Assembly (NCBI GenBank): GCA_002269645.1
Contig: NIVC01001547.1
Span: 186,001 to 250,000, forward strand
Length of the DNA stretch: 64,000 nt
Direction: 5' to 3'
Source: Macrostomum lignano
Lineage: Eukaryota
Below the pieces are notes generated by a model. It ran no database searches. It saw only the letters and a list, made by a program, of their open reading frames with translations, and had not been told where the DNA came from. Of the stretch, positions 23,205 through 36,750 are shown piece by piece. Position 1 is the stretch's first letter, and each line of letters begins with the position of its first letter. The position numbers and the translations under genes are program-made.

Positions 23205-25143
23205 GTGGAACAACTGTTTTAGAGCTCACCTCTCTGACCCTGCACAGTGAAAGTGCGACAGAGTTGAACAACTGTTTTAGAGCTCACCTCTCTGACCCTG
23301 CACAGTGAAAGTGCGGCAGAGTGGAACAACTGTTTTAGAGCTCACCTCTCTGACCCTGCACAGTGAAAGTGCGGCAGAGTTGAATAACTGTTTTAGAGCC
23401 CACCTCTCTGACCCTGCACAGTGAAAGTGCGGCAGAGTTGAACAACTGTTTTAGAGCTCACCTCTCTGTCCCTGCACAGTGAAAGTGCGGCAGAGTTGAA
23501 CAACTGTTTTAGAGCTCACCTCTCTGTCCCTGCACAGTGAAAGTGCGGCAGAGTTGAACAACTGTTTTAGAGCTCACCTCTCTGTCCCTGCACAGTGAAA
23601 GTGCGGCAGAGTTGAACAACTGTTTTAGAGCCCACCTCTCTGTCCCTGCACAGTGAAAGTGCGGCAGAGTTGAACAACTGTTTTAGAGCCCACCTCTCTG
23701 TCCCTGCACAGTGAAAGTGCGGCAGAGTTGAACAACTGTTTTAGAGCTCACCTCTCTGTCCCTGCACAGTGAAAGTGCGGCAGAGTTGAACAACTGTTTT
23801 AGAGCCCACCTCTCTGTCCCTGCACAGTGAAAGTGCGGCAGAGTTGAACAACTGTTTTAGAGCCCACCTCTCTGTCCCTGCACAGTGAAAGTGCGGCAGA
23901 GTTGAATAACTGTTTTAGAGCTCACCTCTCTTTCCCTGCACAGTGAAAGTGCGGCAGAGTTGAACAACTGTTTTAGAGCCCACCTCTCTGTCCCTGCACA
24001 GTGAAAGTGCGGCAGAGTTGAATAACTGTTTTAGAGCTCACCTCTCTGTCCCTGCACAGTGAAAGTGCGGCAGAGTTGAACAACTGTTTTAGAGCCCACC
24101 TCTCTGTCCCTGCACAGTGAAAGTGCGGCAGAGTTGAATAACTGTTTTAGAGCTCACCTCTCTTTCCCTGCACAGTGAAAGTGCGGCAGAGTTGAACAAC
24201 TGTTTTAGTGCCCACCTCTCTGTCCCTGCACAGTGAAAGTGCGGCAGAGTTGAACAACTGTTTTAGAGCTCACCTCTCTGTCCCTGCACAGTGAAAGTGC
24301 GGCAGAGTTGAATAACTGTTTTAGAGCTCACCTCTCTTTCCCTGCACAGTGAAAGTGCGGCAGAGTTGAACAACTGTTTTAGAGCCCACCTCTCTGTCCC
24401 TGCACAGTGAAAGTGCGGCAGAGTTGAACAACTGTTTTAGAGCTCACCTCTCTGTCCCTGCACAGTGAAAGTGCGGCAGAGTTGAACAACTGTTTTAGAG
24501 CTCACCTCTCTGTCCCTGCACAGTGAAAGTGCGGCAGAGTTGAACAACTGTTTTAGAGCTCACCTCTCTGTCCCTGCACAGTGAAAGTGCGGCAGAGTTG
24601 AATAACTGTTTTAGAGCTCACCTCTCTGTCCCTGCACAGTGAAAGTGCGGCAGAGTTGAATAACTGTTTTAGAGCTCACCTCTCTGTCCCTGCACAGTGA
24701 AAGTGCGGCAGAGTTGAACAACTGTTTTAGAGCTCACCTCTCTGTCCCTGCACAGTGAAAGTGCGGCAGAGTTGAACAACTGTTTTAGAGCTCACCTCTC
24801 TGTCCCTGCACAGTGAAAGTGCGGCAGAGTTGAACAACTGTTTTAGAGCTCACCTCTCTGTCCCTGCACAGTGAAAGTGCGGCAGAGTTGAACAACTGTT
24901 TTAGAGCTCACCTCTCTGTCCCTGCACAGTGAAAGTGCGGCAGAGTTGAACAACTGTTTTAGAGCTCACCTCTCTGTCCCTGCACAGTGAAAGTGCGGCA
25001 GAGTTGAACAACTGTTTTAGAGCTCACCTCTCTGTCCCTGCACAGTGAAAGTGCGGCAGAGTTGAACAACTGTTTTAGAGCCCACCTCTCTGTCCCTGCA
25101 CAGTGAAAGTGCGGCAGAGTTGAACAACTGTTTTAGAGCTCAC
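23205..25143 (-). repeat. 58-bp tandem array, about 33 copies
   Basis: Reverse complement of the 6977-7693 unit. Confidence 0.95.
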
Positions 25144-28100
25144 CAATCTCACCTCCACTTCAAACCCTACCCTTTCCACTCAAGCCCCGCACCCGTTACA
25201 AAGTTTATTGCCCATTTATTAGAATCGCCAGAGCCAGACACTCAAGAAGACCAGAGCCTCTCTCTTATCTATTTCACTCCGCACTGACAAATAGTGCATA
25301 GGCATGCTATAGGATAAACACAGTGGGGACACCGAGGAGTTGCAATGGCCAGGCACAAATTGAGGTGGACGTTTCCACGCTATGCCTACCTTGTTTTTAA
25401 TTTGTTTACTCTGCTATTCCAAAACCTTCCGATTCTTTGCTTTGCTGCCTGCCACCCCCAGTGCGGCAGAGTTGCATAAGCGTTTCACCACCCAGCCAAT
25501 CACACCCACCCCACGCCCTTATTTCCATTGGCTATCTCAGCTGGCTCTTTTACGCCCTGCTATCCTTTTACATTACCGCCAATGTTTGGGATTCACCAAT
25601 GTTTGGGATCCACCAATGTTTAGAATCCACCAATGTTTGGGTTCCACCAATGTTTGGGATCCCCCAATGTTTGGGTTCCACCAATGTTTGGGATTCACCA
25701 ATGTTTGGGATCCACCAATGTTTAGGATCCACCAATGTTTAGGATGCCCCAATGTTTGGGATCCACCAATGTTTGGGTTCCACCAATGTTTAGGATCCAG
25801 CAATGTTTGGGTTCCACCATTGTTTGGGATTAACCAATGTTTGGGATTCACCAATGTTTGGGATCCAGTAATGTTTGGGATTCACCAATGTTTGGGATCC
25901 AGCAATGTTTGGGATCCAATAATGTTTGGGTTGCACCAATGTTTAGGATCCACCAATGTTTGGGATTCACCAATGTTTGGGATCCAGCAATGTTTTTGAT
26001 AACCTAATGTTGGGGAAACCAATGTTTATGATCGACCAATAATAAGGATCAACCAGTGTTTTGCATTCACCAATGTTTTGGTTTCACCAATGTTTGGGTT
26101 CCACCAATGTTTGGGATTCACCAATGTTTGGGATCCACCAATGTTTAGGATCCACCAATGTTTAGGATCCCCCAATGTTTGGGATCCACCAATGTTTAGG
26201 ATCCACCAATATTTGGGATTCACCAATGTTTGCGATCCAGCAATGTTTGGGTTCCACCAATGTTTAGGATCCAGCAATGTTTTGCATTCACCAATGTTTG
26301 GGTTCCACCAATGTTTAGGATCCACCAATGTTTGGATCCACCAATGTTTGGGATCCCCCAATGTTTGGGATCCACGGATGTTTGGGTTCCACCAATGTTT
26401 AGGATTCACCAATGTTTGCGATCCAGCAATGTTTGGGTTCCACCAATGTTTGGGATTAACCAATGTTTGGGATTCACCAATGTTTGGGATCCAGTAATGT
26501 TTGGGATTCACCAATGTTTGGGATCCAGCAATGTTTGGGATCCAATAATGTTTGGGTTCCACCAATGTTTAGGATCCACCAATGTTTGGGATTCACCAAT
26601 GTTTTGGTTTCACCAATGTTTGGGTTCCACCAATGTTTGGGATTCACCAATGTTTGGGATCCAGTAATGTTTAGGATCCCCCAAGGTTTGGGTTCCACCA
26701 ATGTTTGGGATCCACCAATGTTTGGGTTCCACCAATGTTTAGGATCCACCAATGTTTGGGATTCACCAATGTTTGCGATCCAGCAATGTTTGGGTTCCAC
26801 CAATGTTTGGGATTAACCAATGTTTGGGATTCACCAATGTTTGGGATCCAGTAATGTTTGGGATTCACCAATGTTTGGGATCCAGCAATGTTTGGGATCC
26901 AATAATGTTTGGGTTGCACCAATGTTTAGGATCCACCAATGTTTGGGATTCACCAATGTTTGGGATCCAGCAATGTTTGGGTTCCACCAATGTTGGAGAT
27001 TAACCAACGTTTGGGATTAACCAATGTTTTTGATAACCTAATGTTGGGGAAACCAATGTTTATGATCGACCAATAATTAGGATCAACCAGTGTTTTGCAT
27101 TCACCAATGTTTTGGTTTCACCAATGTTTGGGTTCCACCAATGTTTGGGATCCACCAATGTTTGGGTTCCACCAATGTTTAGGATCCCCCAATGTTTGGG
27201 ATCCACCAATGTTTAGGATCCACCAATGTTTGGGATTCACCAATGTTTGCGATCCAGCAATGTTTGGGTTCCACCAATTTTTAGGATCCAGCAATGTTTT
27301 GCATTCACCAATGTTTGAGTTCCACCAATGTTTAGGATCCACCAATGTTTAGGATCCACCAATGTTTAGGATCCCCCAATGTTTGGGATCCACGGATGTT
27401 TGGGTTCCACCAATGTTTGGGATCCACCAATGTTTGGGATTCACCAATGTTTTGGTTTCACCAATGTTTGGGTTCCACCAATGTTTGGGATTCACCAATG
27501 TTTGGGTTCCACCAATGTTTGGGATTCACCAATGTTTGGGATCCCCCAATGTTTGGGATCCACGGATGTTTGGGTTCCACCAATGTTTAGGATCCACCAA
27601 TGTTTGGGATTCACCAATGTTTGGGTTCCACCAATGTTTGGGATTCACCAATGTTTGGGATCCAGCAATGTTTGGGATTCACCAATGTTTGGGATTCACC
27701 AATGTTTGGGATTCACCAATGTTTGGGATTCACCAATGTTTTGGTTTCACCAATGTTTGGGTTCCACCAATGTTTGGGATTCACCAATGTTTGGGTTCCA
27801 CCAATGTTTGGGATTCACCAATGTTTGGGATTCACCAATGTTTGGGATTCACCAATGTTTGGGATCCAGTAATGTTTGGGATTCACCAATGTTTGGGATC
27901 CAGCAATGTTTGGGATCCAATAATGTTTGGGATCCAGTAATGTTTGGGATTCACCAATGTTTGGGATCCAGCAATGTTTGGGATCCAATAATGTTTGGGA
28001 TTCACCAATGTTTGGGATCCAGCAATGTTTGGGATTCACCAATGTTTGGGATCCAGCAATGTTTGGGATCCACCAATGTTTGGGATTCACCAATTTTTTG

Positions 28101-28511
28101 GATTCACCAATGTTTGGGATTCACCAATGTTTGGGATCCACCAATGTTTGGGATTAACCAATGTTTTTTGTAACACGCGGTATTTGGCAGCACCAAAAAC
28201 ACGCGAAGGCCCCGTGAGGCAGTGATCGCTTTATTTATGCAAGTTGAAGCTAAGCCTGCGATGTACATAGAGAGCGAACGTACATTAAATCAATACGATG
28301 ATTCAGCTAATTATTTGTCACGATTGCTAACAGTTCAGACTGCCTCTAAGGCAAGGAATAAACTATTACATTTCTCCCCCACAAAAGGAGCATAGCGACA
28401 GGGAATAAAAAAAATGAGAGTGAGACACAGCTAGCGAAATGTAGAGTAAAAAGAGGAACGCACACAGTAAAATACATTTCAATCACAGTCTCTGACAGTC
28501 CATGGCCTCAG

Positions 28512-31500
28512 TCACTCAGCGCTCACACCGAGGTAGTCCGGAGGACGCCGCACCCTGGCCGGGTACCGCCGCTCTGCCTGGCTCGACTCCGGGGCGACCT
28601 CGTGGGTCACCGGCTGCTCGCGGAGCTGCTCCGCATCGGCCTGGGCTGCGAGCCGCCTGCGCAGCCGGTTCACGTGCACCCAGCGGACCGGCCGAATGCC
28701 GAAGGCGTGGCGGATGCGCACCGAGTGGCCGCGCTGCTCGAGCACCGTCCAGCCCGGCTCCCAGTACGGCGCCAGCTTCGATCGCCGCATCTCGATGCTG
28801 AGCAACACCTCGGTGCCTTGCAGAAACTGCGGCAGGTCCGACGCCTTCTTGTCCTGCGCCGCCTTCTGTTGCTGTCCGGCGGCCACCAGGTTTTCCTCAA
28901 CGAACTCGCGGATGCGGGCCAACCGACGCTCCAGCAGCGCCGAGTAGGTGCCGATGTCATACTGCTGCTCGCTAGCCTGCACCTGTGGTGGAAGCTGCGG
29001 GTCGCGGCCGGTCATCACAGTCAGCGGCGTCACCTTGGTTGAGCTGTGGACCCTGGAGTTGTAGGACAGGACCACCAGCGGCAGCTGCTCCTCCCAGCTG
29101 GACTCACTCTCGGTGAACAGCCGCAGCAGTTGCAACAGCGATGGTTGGTAGGGCATGGTAGGGCGATGTGCGCGTCTTCCTGATGCCCAGCGCTCGCAGC
29201 GTCTCCTGGAACAGCTCGCTCTCGAAGTTCGCGCCCTGATCCGAGTGGATGACCGATGGGACTCCGAACAGCGAGAAAACCTTGACTGCAGCGTCCGCGA
29301 TGGTCTTGGCAGTCTGGTCTGGCATCGGCGTGGCGGTCAGGAACTTGGAGAACTGGTCCTGCATCACCAGCAGGTAGCTGTTGCCGCGGTCTGACAGCGG
29401 CACCTTCAGCACGTCGATGGCCACAGTCTGCCAGGGCTTGCCGATCGGCATCTCTCCAAGTGGAGCCGCGGGCGCTGCTGCGCCTTCTTTAGCTGGCAGG
29501 TCTGGCACTCCTGGCAGAAACTCACCACGTCGCTCTGCAGTCCCGGCCAGTACGCGGCCTGCTTCAGCGTATCGACCATCTTCTCTGGCCCGAAGTGGCC
29601 GCCGATGCCTTCGTGGAAGTCGGTCAGGAACTGGCGCCGCAGTGACTCCGGAATCACAGGAACGTCTCTCGGTCCTGCGGCGTCGTTGAATGCCCGGCAG
29701 AGAAAGCCATCTTGGATCCTCAGCTTCCGCCAGATGCGGCTGAGGTGTCTCAGGCTGGTGTCCGACCATCTTGGTGGCGTCGTGCTGTCCTTCTCCAGCG
29801 CCGCGAGGACCAGCTTGAGCTTCGGATCGGCAAGTTGCGCCTGCCGCATCTCCTGATTGGACACCTTCGGCTGTAGCTCCGTTGCCGACGCTCCGATCAC
29901 CTCGCCGTGGCTTTCGTGCATCCTGGACAGGCCGTCCGCCTCGACGTTGTCGACGCCCTTGGTATACTTGATGGTGAAGGCGAACTCCTGCAGCAGCAAC
30001 CGCCAGCGCCCAAGCCGGCCATGGCTGTCGACCCGCTGAGAATTCAGAAACGTGAGCGGGCAGTGGTCGGTGAAGACCGTGAAGTGCCGGCCAAGCAGGT
30101 AGTGCCTGTAGGTCTTCAGGGCGTGCAGGATAGCCAGGCACTCCTTCTCGACAGTTGAGTAGCCCTTCTCCGGTGCCGTAAGCGCTTTGCTGCAGTACTC
30201 AATCACCTGGTCTCCTTGCTTGAGCACGATGCCGACTCCGGTGTTGCTGGCATCCGTGTAAAGCTGGAACTCCTTGGAGAAATCCGGGTGGCCGATGATC
30301 GGCGGCTGCTGCAGGGCCTCCTTGAGACGTCGGAATGCCGTGCCGCACTCGCTGTTCCACTCGAACTTCTCTGTTTTGCTCGTCAGTCTGTGCAGCGGCC
30401 CGGCGATGTCGGAGAAGCTCGGCACGTACTTCCTGTACTGGTTGCAGAGGCCCAGGAACTGCCGCACCTGCGTTGGCGAATGCGGTATCGGCCACTCCTG
30501 GATAGCGCGCACCTTCTCAGGGCTCACGGTGGCACCCTTGGCCGAGAACACGATGCCGAGAAAAGTGACCTCCGGCAGGCCTAGCTGGCACTTGCTGCCT
30601 CGGACGGTGAGCCCAGCGCCTCTGATCTTCTCGAAGACTTCTCGCAGGTGCCGGAGATGCTCAGCCTTCGATCTGGAGAAGCACAGCGTGTCGTCCTTGT
30701 AGGTGAAGGTCTGCGCGGCGCCTTTGAACACGCGGTTCATTAGGATGGTGAACGAGCTCGGGCCGCCACAGACGCCCTGCGGCATCCGCTTGAACTGGTA
30801 CAGCGGCATTCCGGGTCCTGGGCTGAAGGCCGTCTTCTGCTTTTCTTCCGGCTTCATCGGAATTTGGAAGTAGCCGCCGTTCAGGTCGATCACCGAGAAA
30901 ATCTGGTTGCCAGCCAACTTGTCCTTGACGAAGTCCATCTGCGGAATGCCCTGCGCTGACCGCACCGTCTTCTTGTTCAGCTCGCGGTAATCGATCGTCA
31001 ACCGCAGGTCACCGTTCTTCTTCCGCACGTACACTGGGGTCGCCACGTACGGGCTGTCCGACTCCTCGATGACGTCATTGTCCAGCAGCTCCTGAATCAG
31101 CTTCCTCACCTCGGGCTCCCAGTGCACCGGCAGCTTCCTCGGCGGGATCCGCACCGGAACATCGTCAGTCAGCGGGATGCTGTGCTCGTGTCGATCCGTC
31201 AGCCCTGGCCGCCTGGTGAAAATGTCGCTGAACTCGCGCACCAAAGCTCGGATGTCCGGGTCCTCCGCGACTGGCAGGTCGATCTCCTCCTTGGTGAAAT
31301 CCGGCACCAGCTTCTCTTCAATTTCCTCGAGCTGACTGTCAGCATCGAGGTGACTCACGCCGTTGATCACACAAGAGTCCTTTGATGGGGTCTCTGCTGC
31401 ACTGTCGCTGAAGTCCAGGCACATGTTGCAGGCCTTGATGAAGTCCAGCCCGATGATGACGGCAGCAACCAGACCTTCAGACACGTAAAACGGGTGCCGC

Positions 31501-31796
31501 CGCTCGATGCCGCCGAGCGACACTGCCAGGCTGGCCACCTGCCGCACCGGCACCGCTTGCTGGATGACTGCCCGCAGCTCCAGGTGCACGCTCTCCAGCT
31601 GAGCTGGCCGCATGCTCTGCAGGACCCGCTTGTCCACGATTGACACCTGGCTGCCTGAGTCGATAAGCGCCGTGACGTCCGCGCCTCCGATCCTGCACTG
31701 CAGCTTGGATGTCGCCGAGTTCGGCCTGATGACGACTGCCGCTGCGCTGCTGCTGGCTGCACCGCTCCCCTCTGCGCCCAGGAACAACCCACTCAC
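28512..31796 (-). pseudogene. Gypsy pol: protease, RT, RNase H, integrase (two frameshifts in integrase)
   Basis: LIDSGS, LTIDYRELN, FSVIDLNGGYFQI, YKDD, YTDAS, HEGIGGH...CQEC, AIDVL...SDQGANF, LSYNSRVHSST; split over ORFs 29406-31796, 29104-30141 (3' part) and 28512-29156. Confidence 0.9.
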
Positions 31797-31810
31797 GCTG
31801 GGGCCCGCGC

Positions 31811-32604
31811 TCAGAACTGGCCAGGGGTGCGGGCTCTGCCCCGGCCTGTGCCGTTTCCCGACGGCTGATTACAGTTCCTGGCGATGTGGCCGCGGCGGTG
31901 GCAGTTCCAGCAGGTCACCTCGCGCTGTCTCCACGCACCGCGAATCGCGCAGGAGTCCGAAACCTCTGAGCTCAGCTTCGCCGCCAGGTCTTGGACCGTC
32001 GCCTGCAGCGAGCTGACCGCAGCCCTCAGTTCTGCCGTCTCCGCGCTGCCTGCAGCTCCGGCTGCCGCTGCAAGAGGCTGCTTGAATCCGTCCGTGGTGG
32101 CAGAAGGCAGCTCCAGTAGCAGTTGTGCCCGTGCGAGAGCGTCACTCACGGTCTTGGCTGACGCGTCCGCTCTGATCTGCTTGCTGATGTCCACCGGCAG
32201 TCCGCGGATGAACTGGTGAGTCAGCATGGTGGCCGTTGCGCCTGCCTCGCTGATGCCAGCGTCCTTTAGCAGCTGCTTCAGGTGATAGAGAAAAAGAGCC
32301 GAGGAGATTCGCCCGGCAGCAGCTTCCGGCTCTCGAATGCATCCAGCGCTGAGAATTGCTGGCTGTCCGGGTGAAATGCCTGGCTCAGAGCTTTGGTCAC
32401 TTTGCTGTAGTCGCTCTTGCTATTCTCGTCGAGCTCAAGAAAAACAGCCAGAGCCTCACCATCCAAAAACGTTGGCAGGTGCAAATGCTTGTCATTTACC
32501 CACTTGTTGGCTGCCGCGCACAGCTCAAACCGCTGGAGCCACTCCTTAAAGTTGCCTGAGCTGAACGCCCTAGGAATCGCACGGTGACTGCCGCCCTCTG
32601 CCAT
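31811..32604 (-). pseudogene. Gypsy gag with CCHC zinc knuckle (one frameshift near 32290)
   Basis: MAEGGSHRAIP...WLQRFELCA...; C-terminal CWNCHRRGHIARNC. Confidence 0.85.
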
Positions 32605-34626
32605 AGTACACTCTGCTACCACTTGTAACACGCGGTATTTGGCAGCACCAAAAACACGAAGGCCCCGTGAGGCAGTGATCGCTTTATTTATGCAAGTTGA
32701 AGTTAAGCCTGCGATGTACATAGAGAGCGAACGTACATTAAATCAATACGATGATTCAGCTAATTATTTGTCACGATTGCTAACAGTTTAGACTGCCTCT
32801 AAGGCAAGGAATAAAATATTACATTTGATAACCTAATGTTGAGGAAACCAATGTTTATGATCGACCAATAATTAGGATCAACCAGTGTTTGGCATTCACC
32901 AATGTTTTGGTTTCACCACTGTTTGGGATTCACCAATGTTTGGGATCCAGTAATGTTTGGGTTGCACCAATGTTTGGAATTAACCAATGTTTGGGATCCA
33001 CCAATGTTTGGGATTCACTAATGTTTAGGATCCACCAATGTTTGGGATTCACTAATGTTTAGGATCCACCAATGTTTAGGATCCCCCAATGTTTGAGATC
33101 CACCAATGTTTGGGATTCACCTATGCTTGGGATTCACTAATTTTTTGGATTCACCAATGTTTGGGATTCACCAATGTTTGGGATCCAGTAATGTTTGGGT
33201 TGCACCAATGTTTGGAATTAACCAATTTTTAGGATCCACCAATGTTTAGGATCCCCCAATTTTTGGGATCCACCAATGTTTGGGATTCACCAATTTTTTA
33301 GATTCACCAATGTTTGGGATTGACCAATGTTTGGGATCCAGTAATGTTTGGGTTGCACCAATGTGTGGAATTAACCAATGTTTGGGATCCACGTATGTTT
33401 GGGTTCCACCAATGTTTAGGATCCACCAATGTTAGGGATTCACCAATGTTTGCGATCCAGCAATGTTTGGGTTCCACCAATGTTTAGGATCCAGCAATGT
33501 TTGGGATTCACCAATGTTTTGGATCTACCAATGTTTGGGATTTTCCAATGTTTGGGTTCCACCAATGTTGGAGATTAACCAATGTTTAGGATTAACCAAT
33601 GTTTTTGATAACCTAATTTTGGGGAAACCAATGTTTATGATCGACCAATAATTAAGATCAACCAGTGTTTGGCATTCACCAATGTTTTGGTTTCACTAAT
33701 GTTTTGGTTTCACCAATGTTTGGGTTCCACCAATGTTTTGGAGTCACCAATGTTTGAGTTCCACCAATGTTTAGGATCCACCAATGTTTAGGATGCCCCA
33801 ATGTTTGGGTTCCACCAATGTTTAGGATTCACCAATTTTTTGGATTCACCAATGTTTGGGATAAACCAATGTTTGGGATCCAGTAATGTTTGGGTTGCAC
33901 CAATGTTTGGAATTAACCAATGTTTGGGATTCACCAATGTTTGGGATCCAGTAATGTTTGGGTTGCACCAATGTTTTGGATTCACCAATGTTTGGGATTC
34001 ACCAATGTTTGGGATCCACCAATGTTTGGGATTCACCAATTTTTTGGATTCACCAATGTTTGGGATTCACCAATGTTTGGGTTGCACCAATGTTTGGAAA
34101 ATCACCAATGTTTGGGTTCCACCAATGTTTAGGATGCCCCAATGTTTGGGATCCACCAATGTTTGGGTTCCACCAATGTTTAGGATCCACCAATGTTTGG
34201 GATTCACCAATGTTTGCGATCCAGCAATTTTTGGGTTCCACCAATGTTTGGGATTCACCAATGTTTGGGATCCACCAATTTTTAGGATCCACCAATGTTT
34301 AGGATCCCCCAATGTTTGGGATCCACCAATGTTTGGGATTCACCATTTTTTTGGATTCACCAATGTTTGGGATTCACCAATGTTTGGTATCCAGTAATGT
34401 TTGGGTTGCACCAATGTTTGGAATTAACCAATGTTTGGGATCCACAGATGTTTGGGTTCCACCAATGTTTAGGATCCACCAATGTTAGGGATTCACCAAT
34501 GTTTGCGATCCAGCAATGTTTGGGTTCCACCAATTTTTTGGATTCACCAATGTTTGGGATTCACCAATGTTTTGGATCTACCAATGTTTGGGAAAGCTTA
34601 ATATCAACATTTGAATATGATTACAA

Positions 34627-34685
34627 TTTTTAACAACTTCAACGCGTTTCGCACGCCATGGTGCATCGTCAGGATTTTATTAGAA
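34627..34685 (-). ncRNA. Minimal hammerhead ribozyme (Penelope-type)
   Basis: Reverse complement of the 37035-37092 motif. Confidence 0.7.
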
Positions 34686-34969
34686 CGATTTGAGAAATTG
34701 AGATTGAAAGCGATTGATTAAATATTGGTTTTTGCAACGTACACAGGTAAGGAGGGTAAGATTGAAAACAATTGATTACAACTTGGCTTTAACAACATAC
34801 ATAGGTATAGTAGGTAGGAGAGAGAATTATAGATTGAGAATGAAAGTTAAACCAAATGTACACAATTCTTGTCCAGTGGTCAAAAGGCAGAATCAGGGGC
34901 GGTAGCTAGCTTAGGTAATTGAACGTCAAGCTAAGTGTACACAGCGTGCACGACTGTGTCACTCACTGT

Positions 34970-36249
34970 TCAGAAAAAGCGGAGAACGTGACCTGCACCA
35001 CTATGTTGTAATTGGGTGTTGAGATTCGGGGTCTGAGCTTTAATGTGCAGGGCCTCGAGAATTCTGAGTTTGGCGTCAGTATGGCTTTGGTCAATGATTT
35101 TAAAGTGTTCTTCTGGTTTGCAGTCATTGCAGTTAGTGCATTCAAGGAGGTGAGTTTGTATAGCAGATGGTTTGAGCCAGTGTTCCCTGATCCTCGTGTG
35201 TAGGTGTCTTTTGGTTTTCCCCACGTAGGAGACGCTCTGGTCCACAGAGCAGTTAAATTGGTAGACAACACCTGCACGCAGAGTACAAGGAACACGCGAC
35301 TTTAATCTGCTAACAAAGTTCCCAATCTTGTTCGTGTGGAAGACGACCCGGATGTTACGATTGAAAGAGGCAAAGAATAACCTACGCATTCTGTTTTTAA
35401 AGGCTAGAGATGGAGGTCCGAGGAAGAGGAGACGCAGAATGGGTTCAAATTCTTCAGTGGTAACAGATTGCTCAGGTTTTTGTTTGGTGATTTTGTCCGA
35501 GATGAACTTGTTGATGATTTTTTGGACCAGACAAACGGGGTAGTCATTTTGATGGAACAGTCTGGTGAGGAACTGCACCTCCCGGTCAAAGTTGATCCAG
35601 GTGTAACAGGTAGTGAAAGCTCTATGGAGCAAACACCTCACGAGCCCAGTTTTCCATTGTCTGGGGCAAGTGGCTTGGAAGTTGAGAATGAGATTGGTAA
35701 AGCTTTTCTTACGGAAGACTTTTGTGGAGAGGGTTTCCTTACTGTAGTCAATGTCAATGTCCAGGAAGGGGAGTCTTTGGTCAACAGCATGTTCAACCGT
35801 GAATTTTATGTTCTTATGAGTGGAGTTGAGAGCGTGGAGGAACTGATCAATTTTTTGCTCTTGATCAAAGATGGCAAACGTATCGTCGACGTAGCGCCTG
35901 TAGAATTTGGGGGCACAGTTGAGAGACATCCAGTTTTCGGTTTCCCAATGGGCCAAGCAGACGTTCGCCAGAGTGGGGGCCAAGGGGCTTCCCATGGCAC
36001 AGCCATCAACTTGCCTATAGTATTTATTGTCAAACATAAAGATTCCAGAGGTAGCAAAGCCCAGGAGTTTTCTAAAGGACGACTTGGCCATGGTGGGAGG
36101 GTTCGTGTTGTACACCAACTCAGTGGCATAGTCAATGGCCAGATCAAGGGGGATGTTGGTGAAGAGAGAAACAACATCAAAACTACATAGAGAGTCGGAT
36201 CTGTTGAGCGTAGGGTTGAACTTTTGAAGGTCATTGAGGAAGACTTCCT
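34970..36249 (-). pseudogene. Penelope-like RT (C-terminal part) and GIY-YIG endonuclease
   Basis: SFDVVSLFTNIP, GCAMGSPLAP, RYVDDTF, LPFLD, GVVYQFNC...SYVGKT.R.L..RIREH; frame open from the inversion junction to the stop at 34970. Confidence 0.9.
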
Positions 36250-36250
36250 C

Positions 36251-36750
36251 AATCTGTTACCACTGAAGAATTTGAACCCATTCTGCGTCTCCCCTTCCTC
36301 GGACCTCCATCTCTAGCCTTTAAAAACAGAATGCGTAGGTTATTCTTTGCCTCTTTCAATCGTAACATCCGGGTCGTCTTCCACACGAACAAGATTGGGA
36401 ACTTTGTTAGCAGATTAAAGTCGCGTGTTCCTTGTACTCTGCGTGCAGGTGTTGTCTACCAATTTAACTGCTCTGTGGACCAGAGCGTCTCCTACGTGGG
36501 GAAAACCAAAAGACACCTACACACGAGGATCAGGGAACACTGGCTCAAACCATCTGCTATACAAACTCACCTCCTTGAATGCACTAACTGCAATGACTGC
36601 AAACCAGAAGAACACTTTAAAATCATTGACAAAAGCCATACTGACGCCAAACTCAGAATTCTCGAGGCCCTGCACATTAAAGCTCAGACCCCGAATCTCA
36701 ACACCCAATTACAACATAGTGGTGCCGGTCACGTTCTCCGCGTTTTCTGA
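36251..36750 (+). pseudogene. Inverted copy of the Penelope GIY-YIG endonuclease region
   Basis: Near-identical to the C-terminus of the 34970-36249 ORF. Confidence 0.85.

Larger units (their letters stand above)
6525..25580. mobile_element. Polinton/Maverick-like element with giant inverted arms, family-B DNA polymerase and TBP-like gene; no integrase/capsid genes seen
   Basis: 6525-10306 is the reverse complement of 16477-16572 plus 20234-25580; the ~6.2 kb unique core holds Polinton-type PolB and a TBP-like ORF; the right arm stops abruptly at a satellite. Confidence 0.75.
20234..25580 (-). repeat. Outer part of right inverted arm (~5.3 kb, arrays expanded)
   Basis: Reverse complement of 6525-10211; ends at ...cattaccgcc where the satellite begins. 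Confidence 0.9.
28169..32823 (-). mobile_element. Ty3/Gypsy LTR retrotransposon, full length but frameshifted
   Basis: LTRs 28169-28370 and 32624-32823 (TG...CA; about 3 substitutions and one 2-bp indel); PBS TGGTAGCAGAG at 32621-32611, complementary to the initiator tRNA-Met 3' end; PPT GGGGGAGAAA at 28380-28371; PR-RT-RH-IN order. Confidence 0.95.

Noticed and set aside
6977-25143. 58-bp and 79-bp arrays as CRISPR arrays
   Set aside because: Units are contiguous with no unique spacers, there are no cas genes, and the context is eukaryotic.
28512-30141. Integrase as the missing Polinton integrase
   Set aside because: It is part of an LTR-bounded gag-pol element with PBS and PPT, outside the inverted arms.
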